A program made the position numbers and the translations under genes. A stretch of 64,000 bases of DNA, taken from the NCBI GenBank assembly GCA_024679065.1, contig JAGIQG010000018.1, positions 41,106,001-41,170,000 on the forward strand. The letters run 5' to 3'. The notes beneath the pieces are model-generated. The model was not told the DNA's origin and made no database searches. It saw nothing but the letters and a program-made list of their open reading frames with translations. Origin of the DNA: Sphyrna mokarran (taxonomy: Eukaryota). This document shows positions 25,026-37,800 of this stretch, piece by piece. The stretch's first letter is position 1. The number at the start of each line of letters is the position of its first letter.

Positions 25026-28000
25026 CAATTTGGCTTTTGTGAGCACTTAGAATCACATACATAGATAGCTGCTACATGTGTTTAGGGAATGCATGCAAGA
25101 AAGGGGGTTAGGTGTTACGTGACATGTCATTTAATCCGCACATCACCAAGCAGGAGGAACAAATCCACAATTTGAGGAAGAGGGCAAAGACCAAAGGTGG
25201 AATGCCGAACGTGAAAATGCGCAACTTGCAGAGAAGAGGCACTGCAGATCATAGAAGAGTAATGATTGCTGGAATGGCCGTCATAACAATAGAAATGCAT
25301 CCAATCTGCGCCTGGCATATGAGCACACCGGAGCTGTGATGAACTATGCTAACTATAATGTGGTTCTTTTGCCCTCCAATGCAGATCAATGCAATCCCAA
25401 ATCTCTGCCATAGCCACAGCAGGAGAGGAAGCCCCCAGGGCAGCAGACATGGGCTCCTCCGACCTTACAAAGCACAACAGGATCTCCCTGAGTAGAAGTG
25501 GTCCCTGAAGGAAGTCCAGGTTCTTTGCCACCTCTCAACTAGCCACTGCTGCATGGAGCCACTAGCTACAGCAATGGAATGCAGGTCAGTGAGCTTATGA
25601 GTCATATGGTTGACTGGCTCTCCACAACAGTCGCTAACCTCTCCATGGAGGAAATCATGTGCTCACAGGTCTAAGACACAGCAGAACTCATGGCTTTCAT
25701 GGATTCCACTTTCACCTGCACAAAGCTACTATCTCTGTCATGTGTTCTCCTACTTTTCACTGCGTCTCCAGCAGGCTTATTGTGGCAGTGACCGGAGACC
25801 TATCATCAGAATGCAGCTCGCAGGGACCTAGTCATAGCAGTCCTTCAAATGTCAGGGACTTCCGGTGTAACAGTTTTCCTCAGCTGCTGGGACATGTGTG
25901 CAAAGTGCTCTTTAGATTATGCTCCCAAGTCTAAACACAAACTCTCCATGTGGCTGCAATTGTGCCAGTGAAGGTTGTGGCAAGACAGGTGACAGTGCAT
26001 CCTTTAGGTGAGTGGTGTTATCCTCCCCAGGCCCTTTCTGTTGCACAATTCCACAGCCCAACTCTCCTGGCCCCCTTTCTTGAGGACTTTTGGTCCATAT
26101 AGATGCTCTTGATCCATCCCTCCCTTACCTATGACTTACCCTTGCATGTTCTGACCTCTCATCTAAGTAGACCACCTCCCCTATGCTGCAGATTTCCTTA
26201 AAAATACCCACCACCTCATTTATGATCCAAGTGGACAAACTCGTCAGTGTTTGACACTTTTAAATGTCTGTGAAACAAAAGGCTTGAGTTTCTAGTGTAC
26301 TTAACTTTGAAAATACAGTTTAATTTGAAAACTTTTAAGATAATAAGTATTAATGGAACATAAATGTATTGCAATAAGAATCTGCTACTGCATTACGTGA
26401 GATGTGACACATGGGCACCTCATATCTTCTTGCACCCTGGACTTGCCTCATTATGTGGTCTCCTCTGGTCATTGCAGCACTGCGACTGGGTGGGCTGGAG
26501 AGCCGTCAGCCAATCAGGTAGGTAGTTCTACTTACCAATCAATGCCCAATTGAATGTGGAATGGCAGTGGGCCTGTCAAAGTCAGTGGGGACGGGTTACA
26601 TGCTGACTCTCAAGATAGCGAATGGAAGAAGAGCAAGGTCTTTGTTGACTGAGTACATGAAGAGCATGGCCAGCACAAATAGCAATGAATACAACTTATC
26701 TAAAGCTCAAAATTACCATTGCTGTTATGAGCAGAGGGACGCTTAATGCATTTGCAGAACATTCATCTACATTGGCAAGGTGTTAAACATTTTAAGAATT
26801 AACTATTTTGAACCTTTCATGTTTTGAAAGACGATAATAAATAAAGTTTCTAGTATGATTAGACCCTTTGAAATTTCTCTCTTACTTGCAAAAGTAATCA
26901 AGCCAGTTTCTGAGAGATGAATCTAACAATATTATCTATCTAACTCTTGCAACTCTGGCCAGTTTTATTTTATAGTAGATATTGCTGAGGCCCTAAGTGG
27001 GATTTAGAAGAGTTATTATTCGGAATATTTAATGATCTACTTTACTCCTGTTGATGACTTCCAATTAATAATTAAATCATTGTCTAACTTTTTTAAAAAG
27101 TTAGACAAAGTTTTTTAAAAACAAATTATCCAATGCCACATTACTGCTCCTGATAATCTATGGATGAAATTTTCCACTCCTGTCAAATTCAATAGACTTT
27201 TGAATGACTTGCTAGATTTTTCAGCCCCACTCTCTCCATGCAGGGCTGTAAATTTCAACCCTATATTCACAATGGGAAGAAAGATTTATTTTTTTAATTC
27301 CTAACAGGTACTGAAGCTTGATGAAGTGTTATTTGGCCTTGTTTAGATGGTTTAAGTTAAACAGTCATATTAATTTTCATTTCTACTTTTGCAGTCTATA
27401 GTATGGAGCTTGCTGAAATAGTGACTGCCATATAATCATCTAGTGGCAAAATTATGTCATAGCTTGTCAAAGAACGTATTAGAATGTACATTGTTGTTTT
27501 CTGGAATGGTCAATGCAGTGGTTCACTTAACCTAAATGGCTGAAAAGGTAAGAAGTTATGGCAATTACCAGCTGGAATACTATGCTGTATTAACAGGATT
27601 ACTTAGATGATTACCCAAGGTTAAATGTTAATTGCTGAAGCAGACTGAATAAAGAGAGGCTAGACGATGGAGCATCTGCTGTAAGCTGCAAGCACCATTT
27701 TGGGATGGTGCAGATCAGTTCTCAGCTTCTTGGCAAGGCTGGTACCATTTGAAATTGATTGTGGGATCAGGCCCAAGATTGGGTATGATGCCTATTCTTG
27801 TCAGCTTGTATCTTGTGTGTCTCTCTTGTAGGAACCATGAATTAGATTCCATTTGAATTGGCTTTTGAAACAAGAGGATGGAGTAAAGGCACTGTCCACT
27901 CTCCACATTGGTCAGAAAGTGAAATCACAAAGCAGCCATTGGAAAATGGGAAATGTCATTTCAAATCCTCTATTCTCAGATCAGGGAGTGGGATAGCTTG

Positions 28001-28194
28001 ATCTTGGGTTCGGACATAGCTCGGCACAACATTAAAGGACAAAGGACCTGTACTGTGCTGTATTGTTCTACGTTTTTATGAATGCATCATTCTGAAACAA
28101 CTGTAGTTGTCTTTTTAAAAAGCTGTTATGAAAGGTCTCGATATCTCCATCAGGGAAAGTTCTGCTCTGGAATATCCAAAGACGTCAACTACAG

Positions 28195-28500
28195 ACACTT
28201 TTGATAAAAGATCATTGACCAGAAATGTTAATGCTGTTTCTCTTCACAGATACTGTCTGATCTGCTAAGTATTTCCATCATTTCCAACATTCACAGTATT
28301 TTATTTTTGTTTCAGCCTGCTCTGCTATCTGAATATGTCTCAGTTTAAAAGCAAAATACTGTGGATCTGGAAATCTGAAATAAGAACAGAAAATGCTAGA
28401 TAAATTCAGCCAAAGGATCATTTAAGTCTAAAACATTAACTCTGTTTCTCTCTACAGATGTTGCCAGACTTGCTGAGTTTATTTAGCATTTTCTGTTTCT
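28195..28500. repeat. Two decayed fragments of a second Penelope-like terminal repeat family
   Basis: CTGTTTCTCT..ACAGAT..TG.C.GA..TGCT.AGT.T occurs twice. ACAGAAAATGCTA...CAGC is inverted against GCTGAG...TAGCATTTTCTGT. A related piece is at about 165-240. Confidence 0.5.
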
Positions 28501-29952
28501 ACATTTTTTTCAGTATGTTGATCTGATTAAATGTAATTACCATTAAATTTAACACTTCCGAAGACACTGACTCCCCAGCTTGTTGTACTTCTTCAATTAT
28601 ATTTTGTACCCATTTTTTATCATTGCAAACCACTCCACTGTCAAAGAGTTTGCACTATTCTGATATTCTGATATGTCTATCAAAGTAGTATTAATACAGC
28701 AAATTAGGCATTACTTTTCATTTCATAGAAGGAGGACAGAGGGAATGATGGTAAAACACTCACTATTTCAGTGAGGGCCAGGGAGCACAAAGTGACATGT
28801 GGCATCAGTCTTTAGTACCACAAGTTCCTGGAAAATCCATACTATACTGACACTATATACTGTAGATGCACTGTTATCGTACCACAAATTTCCCTACAAA
28901 TTCTGGCCTATTGACTGATAGCAAAGTCAATCTATCATGTTATCCTCATTATCCAAAACATCTTGTATACTACCCAACATTCTCATCATTCTTTTCTGTC
29001 CCTGTCCAATAAATCAAGCGTCCTTATATTTTTCTCAATAATTGTTTGAAAAGTACTAGTGTCTTTAACTCTAGATTGTTTGCAACATTTGAATGATGCA
29101 TTGGCTGTACGTGAAGTTTGAATGCAATTTAAGACATGTTGCACAGACTGCTAAAAAAAATCCCTACCTAGTCAATTGAAATTTCCCCTTTCCTTTTTAC
29201 CTAAAAGAACTTCCCTCTCCCCTTTCCATTTTGATTATAGAGGTTGTTTTTCAAAAATACAAGTAGTCTACAATGTACCTCATGCCCAAATTCCCTCCAG
29301 CGGAAAATCAAACAAAACCACTAATATTAATAATCAAAATTCTGCCAATGACATTCAGATGACATTCACTTATGGTTAAGTTTAGGGTAAGTCCAGCCTC
29401 CTACGCTTGCATTTGAAAGCTCAGACTGCAAGCAGGCTGAGGTAAACTTTGTCAAAGTTCAGGTAATTGTAATGCTAATGTTAATAACATCAAGAACATT
29501 TGCTTTGAGTCAGTGAAAGAAAAGAATAAGCTGTGCAACAGCTGGCCATCCTTTTGTTTAAAACAAACTACAGCAGTTGCCTTTAGGTTCAATTGAAGGG
29601 AAGTAAATGTTGCACAATTACTCTTATTTCTAAATCAATTTTGGTAAAGGAAAATACATTTCCCTGAAATACTTCAGAGAGTTCAAAAAGTAAGTTTATT
29701 TATATTTCAACACTGGAATTGATTACTCAAAGGTAGCCATGACAGCAAAAAGTGTTTCTTTTTTAAACATATCTAAAGAATTTTAGTTAAGAGGATCACT
29801 TTCTGATATACTAGAAATGGCTGAATGAGTCGCATTCTTGTCTCCAACTCAGAAGGTTCATGTTCCACTTCAGGATGTGAGCACTAGAATCTAAGTTAAC
29901 GTGGCATTATGGGGAGATGCCTTCCTGGTGAAAGTTGGTTGGTTATCTTAAA

Positions 29953-31290
29953 GTCATAGTCATAGAGATTTATAGTATGGAAACAGGCCCTTCGGTCCAA
30001 CTTGTCCACGCTGTCTTTTTTTTTAAACCCCTAAGTGAGTCCCAACTGCCCACATTTGGCCCAGATCCTTCTCTACATATCCCACCCATGTAACTGTCCA
30101 AATACTTTTCAAAGCTCAAAATCATATCTGCCTCCACCACTATCTCTGGCAGTTTGTATCAAACACTCACAACCTTCTGCCTGAAAAAATTGCCCCTCTG
30201 GACCCTTTTGTATCTCTCCCCCCTCACCTTAAACCTACGTCCTCTGGTTCTAGACTCTCCCATCCCTGGAAAAAGACATTGACCATCTAATCAATCTCTG
30301 CCCCTCATTACCTTACAGACCTCTATAGACTTTGAGGGCCAAAGGACCCCTATCCTAAGCTGTTCTAGTTCAGAACGTGAAGCTGTACTCCGTATTGACT
30401 TCTAAAATCATTAGTGTTTAGAAGGCTGAGGGGGGATCTTATAGAGACTTAAAAGATAATGAAGGGACCAGATAGGGTAGAGGTAGAGAGATTCCTTCAG
30501 CTTAGAAAGGAAAACAGAACTAGAGGGCACAGCCTCAAAATAAGGGGGAGGGGGCAGTTTAGAATGGAGTTGAGGAGGAATTTTTCACTCAAAGGGTAGT
30601 GAATCTCTGGAATTCTCTGTCCACTGAAATGGTGGAAGCTACCTCATTGAATATATTTAAATCACGGGTAGATAGGTTTCTGATAGACAGGGAATTATGG
30701 GTTATGGGGAGAAAGTGGGAAAGTGAAACTGATCCATTTCAGATCAGCCATGATCTTATTGAATGGCAGGACAGACTCAAAGGGCTAGATGTCCTACTCC
30801 TGCTCTTATTTCTTACATTCATATGTTCTTATGTCACCCTCAGCGTCCTACGATCCAGAGAAAAAAAGTCTGTCTCTCCCGCCTCTCTTTAAAATTCAAA
30901 CCATCAAGTCCTGGGAGCATCCCAGTAAATCTTTTCTGCACTCTTTATAATTTAATAATATTCTTCCTATAACAGAGTGATCAGAACTATACACAGAATT
31001 CCAAATGTAGCCTTACCAATGTCTTGTATAACTTCAACAAAATGCTCCAACTCCTGTATTTAATGTTCTGATAAATGAAACCAAGTATGCTGAATATCTT
31101 CTTCACCACTCTGTCCACCTGTCACTCTACTTTCAAGAAATTATGAACTGTACCCCTAGATCTTTTTGTTCTTTAACTCTCTCCAACACCCTACATTAAC
31201 TGAGTAAGTCCTGACCTGGTTCAGTTTACCAAAATGCATCACTTCGCATTTACCTGAACTCCATCTGCCATTCTTCAGCCCACTAACCAA
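29953..31290 (-). mobile_element. CR1 LINE 3' fragment, split at about 30330-30832 by an opposite-strand CR1 piece
   Basis: Tail CATAGTCATAGAGATTTA...GGCCCTTCGGTCCAAC. Sequence ending GACCTCTATAGA resumes at GTCACCCTCAGC; the copy at 59515-59932 is uninterrupted there. Confidence 0.8.
30412..30832 (+). mobile_element. CR1 LINE 3' end nested in the antisense CR1
   Basis: RRLRGDLIET...TRGHSLKI...VVNLWNSLSTEMVEATSLNIFKSRVDRFLID plus a TATGTTCTTATG tail. Confidence 0.88.
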
Positions 31291-31320
31291 CTCTTGTTAA
31301 AGATACACAGTAATGGCCAA

Positions 31321-31660
31321 GGGCAGCATGGTAGCTCTGTGGTTAGTACTGCCACCTCTCAGTGCCAGGGACCTGGATTCTTGGTGAAAATACTTCAATG
31401 CTTGAATTCCGGATTCAATACTTGGGTCACTGTCTGTGCAGAGTCTGCACGTTCGCCCCATGTCTGCATGAGTTTGCTCCAGGTGCTCCGGTTTTCTCCC
31501 ACATTCAGAAAGACATGCAGATTAAGTGGATTGACAATGCTAAACTCTCCCTCAGTGTATCCAAACAAGTGCCGGAGTGTGGCGACTAGAGGATTTTCAC
31601 AGTAACTTCATTGCAGTGTTAATGTAAGCCAACTTTTGGCTAATAAATATGTTAAACTTG
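31321..31660 (+). mobile_element. tRNA-derived SINE, alternative tail
   Basis: GGGCAGCATGGTAGC...GTGGTTAGTACTGCCACCTC head; tail GAGTGTGGCGACTAGAGGATTTTCACAGTAACTTCATTGCAGTGTTAATGTAAGCC. Confidence 0.85.
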
Positions 31661-31669
31661 TTTGATTCA

Positions 31670-33100
31670 GGGCTGAGAGCACAGAGAGAGTTGGTCTCTT
31701 TGATGCAAGAGGATGGACTTCCGCCTACATGCCTACATTTAAACTGGCATCTGGTCTCAGTAAAGATGATAAAATCTTTGTTATGACCATATCTTCTTGT
31801 AAGGGCATTATGCTGGACCACATGTCCACTCTGACCAGTCTTAAAGGATTCTGAACAGTGGTATTTATGACAACATCCACCTCTGAGACTTGATCCATTA
31901 TTCCTAGAAGGTTGGTCTGTAAACTGCCTTCCTCTCCCTTGATCTTGAGAAGGCATTTGACAGAGTGGATTTTGAATATTTGTTCAGGACGCTGAGAACA
32001 GTGGATTCATGATGCATTTTTGCCAATATCTGACTTTTGTACACCACCACAGAATGTTTAATTAAGATTAATGGGTCCTTGATAGCACTCCTTCAGTTTG
32101 CAACAGGTTGCCCCATGTTTGGCCAATTATATTCTATTTGTGTGGATACTTTCCTGCATTTCTTGCTGGGGAGGATGTTGTAATTGGCTCTGCATGGGCC
32201 AGCGTGTAGATTGTCCTGTCAGCTTATGCTGATGATGTGCCTAAATTCCGAGATCCAGCTGACCTATGATGGATGCATTACTGCCAACATATCAACTCCA
32301 CCAGAATCATTTGGGGAAATTGTGCCAGACTCTGAGTCAGTTGCCAATAGGCTCCCTGCCGGTGGAGCTCAGACCATTGAAAAGAACACCACCCAACTGC
32401 TTTACTCGGGGGTCTACCTTAGCCCTGCTGAGGGATCCTGGCTGGCAAACTAGGAATGGTTGGAGATCAAAGTCATCAGTCACATGGTGCTGGACAGGAT
32501 TATTCCAAGTGTTATGATACAGGAGTTGAACACAGGTCATAAATCAACTAATAGCCACACTGTTGGGTATTTTGATCTTTCCCCTAGAGTCTCGTCAACA
32601 TCTTCTGGGACAAAAAGATGCACAGAGTCAGTGCTAAGGCACTGAATCTCCTGCTTATGGAGAACAAAAAGGTGCTGATGTGCTTTCGCACCCGAGTGCT
32701 GACATTTTGCCTTCAGACCTTGCAGTGATCCATTTACATTGGGCACCTGCGCCGGTAGTGTTCCTTGGTAATGCATTTCTTCTGCTGGGTGCGTGGTCTT
32801 TATTATAACCTGAAGTTTCTGTTTATGGACCTGGGAGGGCTTTATGTCTCCTTGCAGCAATTGCCTGTCTTTTATCAAGAACCTCCTTGTTAACCTGCTC
32901 CTGCACCTTGTCGAGGTGGCCAATAACAGGTCCAACAGCAGGTTATGGAGGCGATTGACAGGCCTGGTTCATGCCTCAGTTGAAAAGGAGCGTGCACTGT
33001 CTGCTGGTATTCTTGAAGCCTTCCATGGTCAATGGGCACCATGCGAGCTGGAGTGCTTCATCAGTCCTCAAACCAACATTGTAATCTGACTAGATAAATT
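31670..33100 (+). mobile_element. Decayed, internally deleted Tx1/L1-clade non-LTR retrotransposon (RT remnant)
   Basis: FLSLDLEKAFDRVDFEYLFRTL at 31929 onward; LSAYADDV with YADD at 32225-32236; C-terminal LVNLLLHL...VEKERALSAGILEAFHGQWAP in ORF 32844-33089. Confidence 0.8.
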
Positions 33101-34561
33101 TCGTTTAACATTTTGTCTTTTCTTACAAAGGGGCTATTTTCCTGTTATTTATCCCTGAATCATCAATCCCAAAATCAGACTGGTTGTCATTATCTTGCTG
33201 TTTGTGGGAGCTTGATGGCTACCATTTGGCTGCCATGTTTAATTACAATAGCCATTATGCTTCAAAAATACTTCATTGACAGTGAAGTGCTTTAGGAAAA
33301 TGTCAGAATGTTAGTTTCTTCCAAAGCTCACAGCAATACCTGTAGGCATATCATTTCAGGGACATAAATGGAAATAATTCAAGTTTTTCACAGTGTTTTG
33401 TTGGAATCAGTGGGACAGCTTCTATTTTTTTGAGACAGACCCTAACTGAAAATGAAAACTGACTCTCATTGTTGCTAAGGAAATTGAGACTGACAATGCA
33501 ATTTAAACCACAACTTCTGGTTGAAAACATATAAAAGGAAACAGAACCAGCAGAATTTAGTAGAGGTTGATGACTCCTTTGGTGCAGTACAGGCAAGTTG
33601 AAGAAGACAGAGGTTAGATCTAAAAGCTGAGAGTAAGCAAAGATATAGTTGCTGCAGCTGTGTCTGTTATTTGAAGATAGTACTGGTGATCTACATCATC
33701 CAGATCAGGTCGAGGAGTTCTGCTGATGTGTGCCATTTTTGGTAAAGAATATGCCTGCCAAATTCAGGTGCTGTGTGTGCTGCTGAAAGCAAAAAGATCA
33801 GGCTAGTCCTAAAAAAGTAGAAGCTGAAATTCTTTGTGAGGAAGGCTAAATTTTGAAGGATGCTGATAGTGATGACATATAGGCTGGGTGGATTACCAAG
33901 CCTACCCATAAGATCTATGTTAGTTTCATCCACCATTTAGGGTGCAATTTATTGTTTACAATCTACCACAATTTGTCTGTTAATTTATATTTAACTTGAG
34001 CTGATTCTGGATTTCCGAATACAGAAGATTGCTTAAGATAGATTTTCATGTTTGCTTTGCTTGACTCTTGTACAGTAAATTTTCTTCTATTTTAAACTGT
34101 GAAATTTTGTTACTCCATTCTTTCCATAAATAACAGGTATTTTGTATTTTTTAAATTACTAGTCTTGAGATATAACAATGTTTATATTAATGTTACTATC
34201 AAGATCAAGTCCATTATCTATTCATATAGAGGACAAAGTTCACATAATCCAAAAAGTGTCATATCTAGAATATGTAAATCACCTATCCAACAAGTGTAGC
34301 TTCCTACTGTTCTTATCAATATTATTCTTACATATAATGTAACTGTTTTTCGATCAACATTAAGAAAGTACTGACTAAAACTGATGAGGTGTCTGGCTTA
34401 GCTTAAGATCATGGATTTTTTGAGTGGGATTTAGGCAGACAGATAGGTCAGTGTAGTAAAGTATATTTGACTATTCTACATTAGAAATCAAAATCTTTCA
34501 GAAAAGAACTACATTGCAGAAACTCTCATGCAGTTTAAATGCTTTTAGAGGGTATACTTAC

Positions 34562-34721
34562 ATTGCAAAGCTGTCTTCAAAAAAACACCTGTTCCTTAGC
34601 AGTCCAGCCCACAGCTGCACTCCAACAATTCCAAATATAAAGAAGACAAAAAAACAAAGAAGAAGGACATTGCCTAACATAGGCAGAGTATCTAGTAGTA
34701 AAGTCACTAATATTCTCATAC
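34562..34721 (-). CDS. cacna1h: Cav3.2 exon equivalent to human exon 6 (S4-S5 linker and IS5), 160 bp
   Basis: CAG|GT then [52 protein letters not shown] plus AT, donor AT|GTAAGT. Phases fit both neighbours. Confidence 0.97.
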
Positions 34722-37700
34722 CTGAAAAACATAGAAATGCGAATGCACCATTAGTGAGCACTTTAATTTTTCTTTCAATGACAAATAACTTTGATGACAA
34801 ACTCATTTGTATCCCTGTGTTTTAGTAGAAAATGTTTAATTAAACTTTATTATATGAGAAGTACCAAAATGTACATATTTCTAAAATGTTCAATTTACTA
34901 CAATATGATTGCACTTTAAAAGAGACAATGACATCTAGCACAAAGATTTAGCAATCAACTCAAAAGTGATGAGGAATTTACAGTTGGCAATGTATTCATA
35001 TTGGCCTTTATTTCAGCAATGTTATAGATTAATTTATTTTATTTCAAAGAAGCTAATGCTTCTGCTAAAATACAAGAGAAAAAGAATATCATTTGTGATC
35101 ATTAAGTGATGGCATAATAATATGTGCATCAACCTTCTGCCTACCAATGTCACATCTCACAAGAGTGCACATTTTCAAAATAAAAGTTCAGAAAAGGCTT
35201 TAGCATCTGCTGCAGTGTGAACTTAGTGCCAGACAAGAAGACATTTCAGTCCAATTGTTTCAAGAATGCAGCCTAATTGAAGAAATATCTTTATGTCAAA
35301 ACAAACCCTGTAACTCATTAACACTGTCTCATTAAAACTAACGTGAGCTCCCTTAATGTCTGTAGCAATTACTCTTTCAACGTTGCTATGTTTCATCAAA
35401 CTCACTTTACTGATTCAATAACTATACTAAAGACCAATCGGGCTGATGCACTCCCACCTGACCATCCATGTGAATCTTTTCCCATTCCAATGGATAAAAT
35501 ATGGGACTGGTGCGAATATGTGGATTACACATAGCTGCTTTCAATAGCTTTTCCATTGGTTAGCTACACAAATATAAATTCAACTTTTAGTTTGTGACAG
35601 CACCTTATAACCACTGACCAAGGAAGATCTTTTTGAGCTTACAGGATGTAATGGTTAGTGTCTTTATTGAGACAAATAAGAATTTACAGACCAGACATGG
35701 AATTCCCTTAGGTTATGTCAATTTCAGGCTTTAAGTTCCAGGTAATGCAAATTACTCAATACTCACGAATCGATGTGATTTGTGAGAATTGAATCTAAAC
35801 AATTGAATAATAAATTAATTAGCTAGATTGGCTTACAAATTAAGGTAATGAACCAAAACCAAGTAATTCTATTTTCATACACCGTGATACACAAATAGGA
35901 CTAACACACTAAATACTCAGCAAATTAGATTTATTCAAAAGTCAATTATCCAGCCTGCAGGAATGAATTACAATGCTTCTATTTTAATCTGATTTTATTT
36001 TGATGTCAAAAAATGATTGACATGGAGCCCTGCAGCTGAAGGAATACCAATCTAGATTTAATAAGAGGATAGGTATTGAAAAAAACATTGGCATCTTTAC
36101 ACAGCCCTGTCAACTGTGCATCAATGAGAAATAACAAAACCACAAATTTACAATGCTACTGCAGTAAAATCTATAGGCTGCAGAGGCAAAGTTTATCGTG
36201 TCACAGTCAATTTAACAAGATGAGCATGGTAAAACACTTGTTTCAAATCTTATTACTGGTATACTCCACCTTGTTCTAAACTTCATATTTGACACATACT
36301 GCAACTACATGAATATAAAAACTGCCTAAAAAGATATTTCTTACCACCAAGACAAAATATCTACAATATTCAAATTTCACAACTCATCCACCAGATTTAG
36401 TTATAGGTAACAGTTTTAGTTATAGGTACTAATGCAGGCCATTAGTTGGGGCATATTTAATTATTTGGCTCTCAGTATTGCAGATTTTGCTTTGAGAAAT
36501 TATACAACTGTCAAAAGAATAGTATAACTTTCTCCAATGAACTAAATAAAACAGAACTCTTCTCCAATATTTTATTGAATCAAGTTGAATTTAATTGTTT
36601 ATTTGAATCTGTACAGAGAACATAAACCTCAACTACCGTCAAATCTGCTACTAATCTGCAAAACAAAAAACCAAGAGTATGCGAAATTTTTTTTGTGCAA
36701 AAAAAATCTCAAAGAACATCACGAGAAATATCTTTGTATTGAGTAATGTAAATCCTATTGGCTCCATGTTGTTACTGGCATAGGGTGCTGAAAGGAAGAG
36801 TTTACTTTGAATAATAAATTGGCATTGTTGTGAACAGATTGCATGCTAGATTTTTTACAATAATTTTTATTGCCCATATAAGTATACATGGAGCGAAGGA
36901 ATCTATACTGTGACAAGTATTGCTCAATGGTATTTATGGCATATTTTACGCACCCACTTCACTAACAGCTGTTCAAGGTCCAAAGAAAAATGATATTGGA
37001 CAACTTTAATCTATTTCCCAATGGGATTGAACCATAAGAAGCAATAAACCACTGCATTCACAATTAGGAACACTAACTACTTCTTACTCAAATGTTTAAT
37101 CTATTGTGTCTCACTTCCTTATTAATAATTATTTCTGAAGCTATTTAATTGACTCCTAGTGTGTCCCAAATTATTTCTGCTTTATTCCTTCACACATCAG
37201 AATGCACTTTTACGTTTACTCTTGGTGGAAAACAACTGTTTGTAAATTTGCCTGTTGTACACTCCACCTGATTTTTGTTTCCATTTCCTACCTGGACATT
37301 AAATGAATACATTAAACTAATAATTCCAATATCTGTGGTGGGAAAATGATCCACAGCATTATGTGGAATGCCATCAACACTTAACTAAAAAGCAAAGGTT
37401 ATTAAGAGCAGTCAGCAAGGAATTATATGAGAACCTAACCAAATTGATAGATAAACATGAACAAAAAAGTAGAGCGAAGGACATCACGACTCACTAGGTG
37501 CCATCGAAATACAATACTTCTCCAACAATAAGCATTTAAGGCACTGGATTAAGACAAGGAAGAAGCCAATGTATTGGCCTGCATTCAAAGAATAGGTTTA
37601 GTTTATCCACATAAAAGGTAAAACTTTACGTAGTATAAGGTTTCTCTCAAATGTTCCCCCTTCCTTAAAGTACTGACCTACACCATGATATGATTCCACT

Positions 37701-37800
37701 CAGAGAACTAATATTCTATCCATCATGTGAATAGTAAGCCATCAGATTCATCTAATTCCATTTGCTACTATAGCACCTGACAGGCTTAACTTGTGACACT

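Noticed and set aside
25080-26600. Possible second Harbinger-derived coding remnant
   Set aside because: Composition suggests a decayed TE, but I could not read a diagnostic motif, so it is not called.
28200-28235. Second hammerhead-like motif (TTGATAAAAGATCATTGACCAGAAATGTTA)
   Set aside because: The CUGANGA box and stems are mutated and it lies antisense to the gene. At most a dead remnant.
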